Positions 1 to 9,015 of a DNA stretch of 64,000 nt are shown piece by piece. The DNA lies in assembly GCA_034520885.1 (NCBI GenBank), contig JAXHNE010000008.1, positions 100 to 64,099 on the forward strand. Reading direction: 5' to 3'. Made by a program: the position numbers and the translations under genes. Under the pieces are notes generated by a model that worked only from the letters and a program-made list of their open reading frames with translations, was not told the DNA's origin and ran no database searches. The stretch is from Candidatus Saccharimonadota bacterium. Its GTDB lineage: Bacteria; Patescibacteriota; Saccharimonadia; Saccharimonadales; JAXHNE01. The first letter of the stretch is position 1. Each line of letters opens with the position of its first letter.

Positions 1-407
1 ATTTTACCGATTACTTTAAAGGATTCATGAACCGCGAGAACCCGGAAGTCCCGGTCAGTGACCTGGGGTGGTACATGGAGCCGGAAGGTTTGTACCCCCT
101 GATGCTGCGTACCTGGGTGCGCTATAAAAAGCCGATTTATGTCACGGAAAACGGCCTGGCCGACGCCAAGGACGAATACCGCCGCTGGTGGATAGAGGAA
201 ACCATCGTGGCCATGGAACGCGCGCTAAGCGAAGGCGTAGACCTGCGCGGCTACTTACACTGGAGTTTACTGGATAATTTTGAATGGAAATACGGGTGGT
301 GGCCGCAGTTCGGGTTAATTGAAGTGGATCGTAAAACTATGAAACGCACCGTCCGTCCCAGCGCCCAATGGTTCGCCGGCAGAATTGCGGAATTTAAAGA
401 AAAATAG
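1..407 (+). CDS. Glycoside hydrolase family 1 beta-glucosidase, C-terminal fragment (5' end outside window)
   Basis: The ORF is open to the window edge. It has YVTENG (the GH1 nucleophile motif) and HWSLLDNFEW, both typical of GH1. Confidence 0.8.
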   Translation, partial: FTDYFKGFMNRENPEVPVSDLGWYMEPEGLYPLMLRTWVRYKKPIYVTENGLADAKDEYRRWWIEETIVAMERALSEGVDLRGYLHWSLLDNFEWKYGWWPQFGLIEVDRKTMKRTVRPSAQWFAGRIAEFKEK

Positions 408-426
408 CAAGCCCGAAACAAGTATA

Positions 427-455
427 TTGACAAAAACGCTAATGTTTGCTAAAGT
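427..455 (+). promoter_or_regulatory. Sigma70-type promoter TTGACA-17nt-TAAAGT
   Basis: The consensus -35 is at 427-432 and the -10 at 450-455. The ATG at 463 lies ~7 nt after the -10, which implies a leaderless or near-leaderless mRNA. Confidence 0.4.
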
Positions 456-462
456 AGTTGAC

Positions 463-852
463 ATGAGTAAAGATAATAGAATCGAAATTCAACCCGAAAC
501 TGAGATTACCAGGCGAGACGCCCAGGAGGCTGCAAGGTCTGAGCGTCGCGGAAGGCTCGGCAAACTTTCAGCCGTCGCGCTAGCGTCCTTGCTAACAGTT
601 GCCGGAGCTAAAAGTGCAATCGGTGACCATGATCCGACCTCTGTCACTGATGGACAGGAGCGAACCGAATACACAACTCCCGATGGTGGGCAAGTGCAGG
701 TAGTAGACGATGAATACCAAGACGGTCCACGATATGACGTCACGCTAAACACTGGCGACGACGGGAACATTGAAATTGGGCGTGCCGATAGGATAGATGC
801 AGCAGAGATTACCAGCGATAATGCAGAAGGCGGCCCAGACCAGCCTAAATAA
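463..852 (+). CDS. Hypothetical acidic protein with one N-proximal hydrophobic segment
   Basis: The internal ATG of ORF 385..852 sits directly behind the promoter. The product has the TM-like LGKLSAVALASLLTVAGA. A terminator follows. Confidence 0.5.
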   Translation: MSKDNRIEIQPETEITRRDAQEAARSERRGRLGKLSAVALASLLTVAGAKSAIGDHDPTSVTDGQERTEYTTPDGGQVQVVDDEYQDGPRYDVTLNTGDDGNIEIGRADRIDAAEITSDNAEGGPDQPK

Positions 853-875
853 ATAGCGCACCAGCCACTACTTGA

Positions 876-907
876 CCCACCACATTTAGTGGTGGGTTTT
901 TATTTTT
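876..907 (+). terminator. Rho-independent terminator
   Basis: Stem CCCACCAC / GTGGTGGG with loop ATTTA, followed by TTTTTATTTTT. Confidence 0.6.
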
Positions 908-966
908 GTCAAATCTGTGGATAAATAAGCAAATTCAAGAGAAGAAAATAATAAAAAGGGTTGCAA

Positions 967-1012
967 GTGGAGTATTGTGGGTAGTAGACTGGCGTTAGTG
1001 GGTAATCGTGGG
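967..1012 (+). promoter_or_regulatory. MraZ-box-like direct repeats (GTGGA/GTGGG x4, spacing 10-21-10 nt)
   Basis: GTGGA is at 967 and GTGGG at 977, 998 and 1008. The last two sit in a perfect tandem GTGGGTAATC GTGGGTAATC. In model bacteria MraZ binds (T)GGG direct repeats with 10-nt periodicity upstream of its own operon. Confidence 0.5.
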
Positions 1013-1072
1013 TAATCCAAAATAGATTCCCCTCGATCTAAACACGAACTTTCACATCTCGAAGAAGCGCAA

Positions 1073-1160
1073 GGCGATTGTGAAGCGCGCAGTAAGCCGT
1101 ATATACATACGGTGCACGAGCACTGGAGCAATCAACACAGCGATTCTCGGGAAGCAAACA
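1073..1160. repeat. Copy 1 of ~85-nt hairpin-bearing repeat (partner 1861-1950)
   Basis: Core GTGAAGCGCGCAG..CCGTATATACATACGG..TGCACGAGCACTGGAGCAATCAACAC aligns with the second copy at about three quarters identity. Confidence 0.6.
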
Positions 1161-1247
1161 GGGTGGCCAACTTTGTTGGGCAACAGGTTTGCGGTGTGGA
1201 ATTCGTAAAAATAAAAACCACTAGTAATTTAAAACGAAGCGGTAACA

Positions 1248-1613
1248 ATGGCCAGGATAGATTACTTTCAGCGCAAACTCGACGAAAAACGGCGGTTGAC
1301 CATACCGACCGAACTACGCGACGAGTTCGAAAGCGGAGTAGTCATTACCCGGGGCTTTCAAAATTACTTGCACATGTACCCGAAATCGGTCTGGGACGAG
1401 TTGGTCGAGCCGAAACTCGAAGGGGATATCCTTGACGAGCGTGTGGCCGATATTAACGTAAAGTTCAGGATGGGTAAGACCGAGGCGACCTTGGATGTCA
1501 AACAGGGGCGAGTGTATGTTGAACAGCATTTACTCGACCACGCGGGCATCGATAAAGCGGTCGTAGCGGTTCGGGTCGGCAAGTACTGGCGCCTCATAGC
1601 AGAGACCGCTTAG
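1248..1613 (+). CDS. mraZ: Transcriptional regulator MraZ
   Basis: Two SpoVT/AbrB-like half domains (LDEKRRLTIP and LDVKQGRVYV). It occupies the first position of the dcw cluster. Confidence 0.85.
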   Translation: MARIDYFQRKLDEKRRLTIPTELRDEFESGVVITRGFQNYLHMYPKSVWDELVEPKLEGDILDERVADINVKFRMGKTEATLDVKQGRVYVEQHLLDHAGIDKAVVAVRVGKYWRLIAETA

Positions 1614-1663
1614 TCGTTCATTAACAAAAAATAGCGAAGCTAGTAACTGGCAATATGCAAAAA

Positions 1664-1691
1664 GCAACAAGCAACAAGCAACAAGCAACAA
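1664..1691. repeat. (GCAACAA)x4 heptanucleotide microsatellite
   Basis: Four perfect tandem copies read directly from the sequence. Confidence 0.9.
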
Positions 1692-1860
1692 GGCCAGGGA
1701 CTAGAAACTAAAACCTAGGAAGATTTGTATTTGAAAAAACACAAATCAACTGGCAAATTCATGATTTTGCACCAAAACTGCAAATAAGTGAAAAGTCACG
1801 GTTTTGTGCTTAATAAAGCATAAGGCCAGGTCATGGTTTTTTGCTTGAGTGAGATAGCGG

Positions 1861-1950
1861 GGCGAAAGTGAAGGGCACAGCGAGGCGTACTTAATGTACG
1901 GTGAGCGAGCACTGGAGCTTTCAACACGGTAGCTCGCCAAGAGCAGCACT
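1861..1950. repeat. Copy 2 of ~85-nt hairpin-bearing repeat (partner 1073-1160)
   Basis: GTGAAGGGCACAG..CGTACTTAATGTACG..TGAGCGAGCACTGGAGCTTTCAACAC. Confidence 0.6.
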
Positions 1951-2403
1951 TTCAATAAAAGCAAACTAGTTTTGTTTTATGAAAGTGATGCGGCAAAAAG
2001 GCATGAGAATCGAGGTTAGCTATTCGGCAGTCAACAAGTGGAATCTAGGTAACCACTCAAAAAACCTAAGAACCTTACACCAAAACACCTCCCAAAACTC
2101 CACCTCACACATAAGTCTCTCAAAACTTAAAAAAAGAGAAGTAGGAAGTTCGATGATTTTTTAAATCACAAAATACCTTCCACTCATACGGCTCTTTTTT
2201 ACACAAAAACAAAAACACCACAAAAAACAAAAAGTTGACTGCTGATTAGGTGACCTTGCAACCCGCGGTTACAAGGAAAACTAACGAACATGGCGCGAAG
2301 CCCAGTGTCTTAGTCTTCCGAAGTAAACGCGTTAAAACAAAAATACAAAACAAAAAGTCACCACTCGTTCGCTCGTCAGCGAACCAGCGGGACAGGCAAG
2401 TAG

Positions 2404-3342
2404 ATGCACCAAAACAAACACAAATCCGGTAGGAGATCTTCGTCAGCGAGCGAAACCTCACTACCCGGCAATCACACACCGGTTCTTTTACAAGAAGTAC
2501 TGTCATTACTGGATCCCCACGCGGGAGAAGCCTATTTGGACCTTACGGCCGGATACGGCGGACACGCGCGTGAGATTTTGGCACTGACCAATGCTCCGAA
2601 AAAAGCCACGCTCGTTGATCGGGACGAGAATGCCATGCGGTATCTCGAAAAGAACATCGATGCGTCGGTGACGCGACTGCACGCTGATTTCGAATCGGCC
2701 GCGGCGCGACTAAAAGAACAAGGGGAAACATTCGATATCGTGTTTGCCGACATTGGTGTGTCGTCACCGCACCTTAACGACGCGAGTCGTGGTTTTAGTA
2801 TACGCGGGGAAGGCCCGTTGGATATGCGTATGGACAAGCGCCAAAGCTTAACGGCGGCGGACATCGTCAATACGTATGACAAGGACAGCCTGACACGCGT
2901 ACTCCGTCAATACGGAGAAGAACCCAAAGCCGCGCGGGTGGCCGGAGCCATCATTGATGCCCGTCCACTCTCTACCACCACGCAATTGGCGGATATCGTC
3001 AAACGATCGTGGCGGGGAAGAAGCAAAGTGCATCCGGCAACCAGAACGTTTCAGGCGCTTCGTATTGAAGTGAATGACGAACTGGGCATGTTGGAACGCG
3101 CGTTGCCGCTATGGGTCGATCTGTTAAATCCCGGTGGTCGCCTGGGCGTGATTAGTTTTCACAGCCTGGAAGATCGCATCGTAAAGCAGTTTTTTGCCGA
3201 GCGCGCCGGTCATCGTTTCGATGCCACGTTGCGAACGCTCAATAAAAAGCCGCTTATCGCGTCAAAAAGTGAAATAGTTTCCAATCCGCGATCGCGTAGT
3301 GCCAAACTGCGCGGCGTCGTAAAAATAAAAAGGAAAGGGTAG
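2404..3342 (+). CDS. rsmH: 16S rRNA (cytosine1402-N4)-methyltransferase RsmH/MraW
   Basis: Motifs HTPVLLQEVL, DLTAGYGGH, DIGVSSPHL and SFHSLEDRIVK. The exact start is uncertain. Confidence 0.9.
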   Translation: MHQNKHKSGRRSSSASETSLPGNHTPVLLQEVLSLLDPHAGEAYLDLTAGYGGHAREILALTNAPKKATLVDRDENAMRYLEKNIDASVTRLHADFESAAARLKEQGETFDIVFADIGVSSPHLNDASRGFSIRGEGPLDMRMDKRQSLTAADIVNTYDKDSLTRVLRQYGEEPKAARVAGAIIDARPLSTTTQLADIVKRSWRGRSKVHPATRTFQALRIEVNDELGMLERALPLWVDLLNPGGRLGVISFHSLEDRIVKQFFAERAGHRFDATLRTLNKKPLIASKSEIVSNPRSRSAKLRGVVKIKRKG

Positions 3343-3487
3343 TAGCTCATGCCAATTCAGGTAAAAAGCTCATCCCGCGCCTATAAGGTACGCGTCCGCG
3401 TGCTGCATTAGGCAAAAAATAGCCCCGGTGCCGCGAAAACCGGTACCGGGGCAAAAAACAAACATAAAAAATGGGAAAAACAAAAAC

Positions 3488-3835
3488 ATGACATACTCAA
3501 GTTCCATTGCTCTCGGACGGCAACGCTACGGTGGGAAAAATCGAAACCTCACCGGCCAGCGTAGCCAAGAACGCACACTCGGCCCGGTAAGTAACACCGT
3601 GTTATTGATCGTGCTGGCCTGTATTTTGGGCCTGATTTATTTAACGCAAGTTACCAAGACCAACGCGTTCGGTTACCAGATTAACGAACTTCAGTCCCAG
3701 CAAGCTTCATTGCAAGAACAACACGATGAATTGTTGGTGTCGGAAGCGCGGCTTCGATCCTTGGATCGCGTCGAACAAAGTGACGTCGCCAAAAACTTGG
3801 TGACCGTCGCGCCGTCTGATACCTTACAGCGGTAA
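3488..3835 (+). CDS. ftsL: FtsL-like cell-division protein (single TM + coiled coil)
   Basis: ATG at 3488 within ORF 3428..3835. The product has the TM segment VLLIVLACILGLIYL followed by a Q/L-rich heptad region. It lies between rsmH and ftsI. Confidence 0.55.
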   Translation: MTYSSSIALGRQRYGGKNRNLTGQRSQERTLGPVSNTVLLIVLACILGLIYLTQVTKTNAFGYQINELQSQQASLQEQHDELLVSEARLRSLDRVEQSDVAKNLVTVAPSDTLQR

Positions 3836-3856
3836 CTCGGCCGTTTACGAATTATT

Positions 3857-5623
3857 ATGATTCTACGCAGGCAACTTAGCTCATTACAACGCGCGCGTAT
3901 CGGATACGTCGTGATTTTGCTGGTTTTTAGCGTATTTTTGGTACGTTTGTTTTATGTGCAGGTGATTCGACATGATGATTTCACTCAATCCGCCCTTACC
4001 AAGCAACTTAAAGAGTACCAAATTCCCGCACAGCGGGGCATTATCGCCGCGCAAAGCGGTGACGATGAAGTGCCGATTGTCCTGAACGAAGTGAAATATA
4101 CCGTTTTTGCCGACCCGGTTTACATTGAAAACGTGGACGATGCCGCGGCCAAAATAGCGGAAGTACTGGGCGGTTCGGCCGACGATTATAAGGAACCGCT
4201 TACCCGGGATACGCGCTACGCGATTTTGGCGAAAGAACAACCCGAAGAGGTGAAGCTGGAAATCGAGTCCCTGGAACTCAAAGGCGTCGGTGCCCGGGAA
4301 GCGGTGTATCGTACTTATCCGCAGGGGTCGCTGGCTTCACAAGTGCTGGGATTCGTAAACAACGAAGGCGAAGGCCGCTATGGCGTGGAGGAAGCCTTGC
4401 AAGACCGGCTTAAGGGCGAACCCGGGTTAGTGAAAGCTATCACCGATGCCCAGGGCGTTCCTTTGGCCGCCAACGAAGAAAACACGCTCATTGAGGCCGA
4501 ACCGGGAGACAAAGCGGTGCTCACCATTGATATAGGCATGCAGCAACGCCTGGAAACGATTCTAAAAAAGGGCGTCAAGCAATCGAACGCGCCCTCCGGA
4601 GGGGCGGTGATCATGGAAGTGGATACCGGAAAAATCAAAGCCATGGCCAACTATCCAACGTATAATCCCGCCAAATTCAGCGAAGTATCGCAAGATAACC
4701 AGGAAGTGTTTCAAAATAATACCGTCAGTAAGCCTTTGGAGGTCGGCTCCATAATGAAACCGCTCACCATGGCCGCGGCGCTGGACCAGGGCGCCGTGCA
4801 GCGCAACACTACCTACAACGACCCGTACCGTTTCGTGGTGGACGAAGCGGAAATCACCAACGTGGCCGAATCGGGCAGTCCGGGCACGAAAACCCTGGAC
4901 GATATATTGCAGCTTTCGCTTAACACCGGTGCGACCTGGCTGTTAATGCAAATGGGCGGCGGCGAAATCAATCAACGAGCCCGTGAAAACTGGTACGACT
5001 ACATGACGAACCATTATCGGTTCGGCCAAGAAACCGGGGTAGAGCAGGGGTATGAAGCACCGGGGCAGATTCCCGAGCCGAACGAGGGCTTCGGGTTGAA
5101 TATTCAGTATGCCAATACGGCTTTCGGGCAGGGGATGACCGCCACGCCGTTGCAAATGGCCGCGGCTTACACGAGCGTTCTAAACGGTGGCACGTACTAT
5201 CGTCCCCAACTCGTGGAGTACTACGAAACTCCCAGTGGGGAAAAGCAAGACGTTAAACCCGACATTATTAATGATAACGTTGTCAGTGACGAAGTGGGCA
5301 AAACCATAGCGAATCTTACGGAGTATGTTTTCGAAAGTAATCATCACTTTTACGGCATGCCGCAATTACGCCAAGAATATCGTATTGGCGCTAAAACCGG
5401 TACTGCCGAAGTCCCAAAACCCAGTGGTGGTTACTATACCGATCGGGAAAACGGGATGTTCGCCGGTTGGGTCGGTGGTGACTCCCCGCAATACATGATC
5501 ATCGTACGTATAGACACGCCGAAAGTTGCTGGTTACGCAGGGTCTACTGCGGCCGGTCCGGTGTTCGCGGATCTAGCCAACATGTTAATAGATAACTTTG
5601 GTGTTTCACCGAAGACCAGGTAG
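3857..5623 (+). CDS. ftsI: Class B penicillin-binding protein / D,D-transpeptidase FtsI
   Basis: N-terminal TM segment. The transpeptidase motifs are SIMK (SxxK), SLN (SxN) and KTGT. Confidence 0.9.
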   Translation: MILRRQLSSLQRARIGYVVILLVFSVFLVRLFYVQVIRHDDFTQSALTKQLKEYQIPAQRGIIAAQSGDDEVPIVLNEVKYTVFADPVYIENVDDAAAKIAEVLGGSADDYKEPLTRDTRYAILAKEQPEEVKLEIESLELKGVGAREAVYRTYPQGSLASQVLGFVNNEGEGRYGVEEALQDRLKGEPGLVKAITDAQGVPLAANEENTLIEAEPGDKAVLTIDIGMQQRLETILKKGVKQSNAPSGGAVIMEVDTGKIKAMANYPTYNPAKFSEVSQDNQEVFQNNTVSKPLEVGSIMKPLTMAAALDQGAVQRNTTYNDPYRFVVDEAEITNVAESGSPGTKTLDDILQLSLNTGATWLLMQMGGGEINQRARENWYDYMTNHYRFGQETGVEQGYEAPGQIPEPNEGFGLNIQYANTAFGQGMTATPLQMAAAYTSVLNGGTYYRPQLVEYYETPSGEKQDVKPDIINDNVVSDEVGKTIANLTEYVFESNHHFYGMPQLRQEYRIGAKTGTAEVPKPSGGYYTDRENGMFAGWVGGDSPQYMIIVRIDTPKVAGYAGSTAAGPVFADLANMLIDNFGVSPKTR

Positions 5624-5643
5624 CGTATAATGGAAAGGAATTT

Positions 5644-6690
5644 ATGATGACCGACATACTGACGATCACCATCGAAACCGACACTCTCATCCGATTGCTC
5701 GTATTGGCGTTCTTGAGCTTTGGCGTAAGTATGTTGATTACGCCGCTGTATACGACTATCGCGTACAAATATACCTGGTGGAAACGCCAGAGGAGTGATT
5801 CGTGGTCCGGCGGAGCGGCCTCGGTGTATAAAAAGCTCCACGCCGAAAAACACCGCCGAAATATTCCGACCATGGCGGGGTTAATTTTCGTTATATCGGT
5901 TGCGCTAGTGACGATTTTAAGCAACTTGGAGCGCAGCGAAACTTGGTTGCCCTTGGCCGGCATGTTGGGCTCCGGGATGATCGGTTTGATTGATGACTGG
6001 ATGAATATCCGCGGCAAAAAGGGCGGCATTGCCGGGATGCGCTCCAAGATTAAATTCGGCCTGCATAGCCTGGTGGCAGTGGTCGGCGGGTGGTGGTTAT
6101 TTTTCAAGCTGGACGTCAGCAGTTTACATGTGCCGTGGCTGGGGGAGCTGGAAGTCGGAATTTTGATGATCGCCGTATTTTGGTTGGTGGTGGTAGCCAC
6201 CGCCAACGCCGTGAACATTACCGATGGACTGGACGGGCTGGCCGGCGGCCTGCTTACGTCCTCCTTCTCGGCTTACGCCATCATCGCTTTCACGCAAGAG
6301 CAGTTCGCTTTGGCGGGCTTTTGTTTGACCATCGTGGGCGCGCTGCTCAGTTATACCTGGTTTAATATTTATCCGGCGCGTTTTTTCATGGGTGACGTGG
6401 GCTCGTTCGCGTTGGGAACCGCCCTGGGAATCATTGCCGTGCAAACCGATACCATCTTTATTTTGCCGATTATCGGGCTGGTCTACGTGGCGGAAACCGG
6501 GTCGGTTATCATTAATCGTACTTCCCGGGCGCTTCGGGGCGGCAAAAAGGTGTTTAAATCCTCGCCGATTCATCATCATTTCGAGGCCAGCGGATGGCCG
6601 GAAACCAAAGTCACCATGCGTTTTTGGATCTTCGGGCAGGTGGCCGCGGTTATCGGGTTGATTATCTACTTACTCGGGATGAATATATGA
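5644..6690 (+). CDS. mraY: Phospho-N-acetylmuramoyl-pentapeptide transferase MraY
   Basis: Motifs NAVNITDGLDGLA, FMGDVGSFALG and HHHFE. The protein is polytopic. Confidence 0.95.
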   Translation: MMTDILTITIETDTLIRLLVLAFLSFGVSMLITPLYTTIAYKYTWWKRQRSDSWSGGAASVYKKLHAEKHRRNIPTMAGLIFVISVALVTILSNLERSETWLPLAGMLGSGMIGLIDDWMNIRGKKGGIAGMRSKIKFGLHSLVAVVGGWWLFFKLDVSSLHVPWLGELEVGILMIAVFWLVVVATANAVNITDGLDGLAGGLLTSSFSAYAIIAFTQEQFALAGFCLTIVGALLSYTWFNIYPARFFMGDVGSFALGTALGIIAVQTDTIFILPIIGLVYVAETGSVIINRTSRALRGGKKVFKSSPIHHHFEASGWPETKVTMRFWIFGQVAAVIGLIIYLLGMNI

Positions 6691-7925
6691 GCCGTTTCGG
6701 GCGACAGCGGAGCATCGACACCAACGAAGGCCGTCGCCATCGTCCGGATTATTTACTGGTAGTTATTGCCGCCGCCCTGATGGTGGTGGGGCTGATTGTT
6801 ATTTTCGCGATCAGTCCGGGCTTGAGCGAACAGCAAGGTGTCGGGCAGGGCTTTTTCGTGAGCAAACAGCTGATTGCGATCGGCGTGGGAGCGCTCACGT
6901 TCTTGGTGACTTCCCGGGTGCCACGTTCCGTCTGGAAAAAACTTACCAAACCGTTGATTTTCGGGGCAATTTTGGTAACGATCATCGCTCTTATTTTGCC
7001 GGTGACACCGGATTATCCGGCACATCGATGGATCCGGCTGGGCGGTTTTTCACTCCAGGCCGTGGAGGTACTGAAGTTCGCCGCGCTTGTCGGGTTTTCT
7101 TACTTTTTCGCGCATCGCATGAAACAGGGGCGAATCGGGAGTACCAGCGAAACTTTCAAGCCGCTGCTGATTTTGCTCGGCGTTATTGGCGTGGTGGTGG
7201 CGGTTCTTCAGAGTGATCTCGGGTCGGCGGCGGTTTTGATGGCCATGATCGGGGGAATGGCGTTCGTGGCCGGACTGCCCATGACACGCGTCGCGTTGGT
7301 GGTCGCCGTGGTGGCCATCGCCGGATTATTGGCCATTTCGGCCAGTGATTATCGCCGCGAGCGGTTCGTATCCTACTTGAATCCGCAGAGTGATTGCCAA
7401 GACGAAGGCTACCAAGCGTGCCAAGCGTTGATCGCCATTGGTTCGGGTGGTTTGACAGGTAAAGGCTTCGGAGGCGGAGTGGCCGGATACGGCTACGTGC
7501 CGGAATCGGCCAACGACTCGATTTTCGCGGTGTATAGCGAAATGTTCGGCTTCGTGGGCGTGGCGATGTTGTTAGGCCTGTTCGTGGCCTTGTTTTCCCG
7601 GTTAAAACATATTATGGAACGCGCACCGGACGAGCAATCCCGCTTGCTGGTGGCGGGCGTGTTAGCCTGGCTGGGATTCCAATCGATAATTAATATCGGC
7701 GCCATGGCCGGGCTGTTGCCGCTTAAAGGTATTACGCTGCCCCTGGTAAGTTACGGGGGTACCAGTATACTTTTCGTGAGCGCGGCGCTGGGGATGGTGT
7801 TTCAGATTTCACGTTACACCAGTTTTACGGTTTCGGAAACGCCAGAAAGGGGAGCGCATGCATATTCTGCTTACGGGCGGAGGCAGCGGGGGGCACATAA
7901 CGCCCCTGTTAGCCGTCGCGCATGA
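6687..7925 (+). CDS. ftsW: SEDS-family peptidoglycan glycosyltransferase FtsW
   Basis: The start ATG overlaps the mraY stop (ATGA). The protein is polytopic, with motifs PESANDSIFAV and LPLVSYGGTS. Confidence 0.9.
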   Translation: MSRFGRQRSIDTNEGRRHRPDYLLVVIAAALMVVGLIVIFAISPGLSEQQGVGQGFFVSKQLIAIGVGALTFLVTSRVPRSVWKKLTKPLIFGAILVTIIALILPVTPDYPAHRWIRLGGFSLQAVEVLKFAALVGFSYFFAHRMKQGRIGSTSETFKPLLILLGVIGVVVAVLQSDLGSAAVLMAMIGGMAFVAGLPMTRVALVVAVVAIAGLLAISASDYRRERFVSYLNPQSDCQDEGYQACQALIAIGSGGLTGKGFGGGVAGYGYVPESANDSIFAVYSEMFGFVGVAMLLGLFVALFSRLKHIMERAPDEQSRLLVAGVLAWLGFQSIINIGAMAGLLPLKGITLPLVSYGGTSILFVSAALGMVFQISRYTSFTVSETPERGAHAYSAYGRRQRGAHNAPVSRRA

Positions 7926-9015
7926 ATTAAAGTCCAAACACCCCGAATGCAAGCTGAGCTACATCGGGGAAAAAGACGGTTCGTTCGGCCGCCTGGTGGT
8001 CGAAAGCGGCTTGTTCGCTCACGTTGATTACGTGCGGGCGGGCAAATTTCGGCGGTATCATGACGAGTCATTGCTCCGGCGCATTTTTGACGTAAAAACC
8101 AATGCGCTGAACGTGCGTGACGCGTTTTACGTGTTGATCGGATGCTTTCAGGCTTTCGTTTCGTTGCGACGCCGGGCACCGGACGCGATATTTGCCAAAG
8201 GCGGGTTCGTGGTCGTGCCGGTCGGGGTGGCCGCCCGATTACGCCGTATTCCTTTTATGACGCACGACTCGGACGCCGTTCCCGGCCTCGCCAACCGAAT
8301 CATCGGGCGCTGGGCCGCGCACCACGCCACCGGGTTGCCGGTTTCGTTTTATGACTACCCGGAAGAAAAAACCTCGTTCGTGGGCGTCCCGGGTGCCGCG
8401 GATTTTAAAAAAGCGACGCCGGCCATGGTAAAACGGGCCAGAAAAGCCATGGGAATCCCCGAAAACGCCGAAGTGGTGTTGGTAACCGGGGGGAGCCAAG
8501 GCTCGCAGCGGATCAATAGCGCCGTGAAAGCCATTGCCCGGCAACTGCTTGGGGAGCGGGAGAACGTTTGGGTGGTTCATCACTTGGGATCGCGAAACCA
8601 TGCGCTTTACGGAGACTTCACGCACGAAAGGCTAATAACGGCCACGTTTTTTGATAACTTCGCGGAAGTGGCGGCCGCGGCGGACGTGATTATCACCCGT
8701 GCCGGCGCTAACAGCATGACGGAGTTCGGTTTGCTGGAAAAAGCCACCGTAGTGATCCCCAGTCCTTTCTTGGCCAACGGCCATCAGTTAAAGAACGCCC
8801 GCCAACTGGCGGAAACCGACGCCATCGTGGAGCTGGACGAACCCGAAATCACACGGTCTCCCGAGGTATTATTAAAAGTAACCCGTCGGCTGCTTGATGA
8901 TAAAAATGAGCGCCGTCGCCTGGCGAGCAATTTACGAAAGGCCACCAAGGCCGATGCCGCCGCCGCTATTGCCCGGCTGGTGTATCAATTGGGTAAAAAG
9001 TCACATGAAGCTTAA
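7858..9015 (+). CDS. murG: Undecaprenyl-PP-MurNAc-pentapeptide GlcNAc transferase MurG
   Basis: LTGGGSGGHITPLLAV at the N-terminus, TRAGANSMTE near the C-terminus. Confidence 0.9.
   Translation: MHILLTGGGSGGHITPLLAVAHELKSKHPECKLSYIGEKDGSFGRLVVESGLFAHVDYVRAGKFRRYHDESLLRRIFDVKTNALNVRDAFYVLIGCFQAFVSLRRRAPDAIFAKGGFVVVPVGVAARLRRIPFMTHDSDAVPGLANRIIGRWAAHHATGLPVSFYDYPEEKTSFVGVPGAADFKKATPAMVKRARKAMGIPENAEVVLVTGGSQGSQRINSAVKAIARQLLGERENVWVVHHLGSRNHALYGDFTHERLITATFFDNFAEVAAAADVIITRAGANSMTEFGLLEKATVVIPSPFLANGHQLKNARQLAETDAIVELDEPEITRSPEVLLKVTRRLLDDKNERRRLASNLRKATKADAAAAIARLVYQLGKKSHEA

Noticed and set aside
916-924. Perfect DnaA-box 9-mers TGTGGATAA (= TTATCCACA) at 916-924 and again at 12774-12782.
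   Set aside because: Two isolated perfect 9-mers in 128 kb of two-strand sequence are close to chance expectation. There is no cluster, no adjacent AT-rich unwinding element, no dnaA/dnaN, and local gene orientation does not diverge as it would at an origin.
6594-6686. N-terminal extensions offered by the ORF track for ftsW (6594), ftsQ (8894), ftsL (3428), pyrH (42211) and the antitoxin (50962).
   Set aside because: The extensions overlap upstream genes or promoter DNA and lack family-like sequence. Internal ATGs with overlap coupling or an RBS give canonical N-termini.
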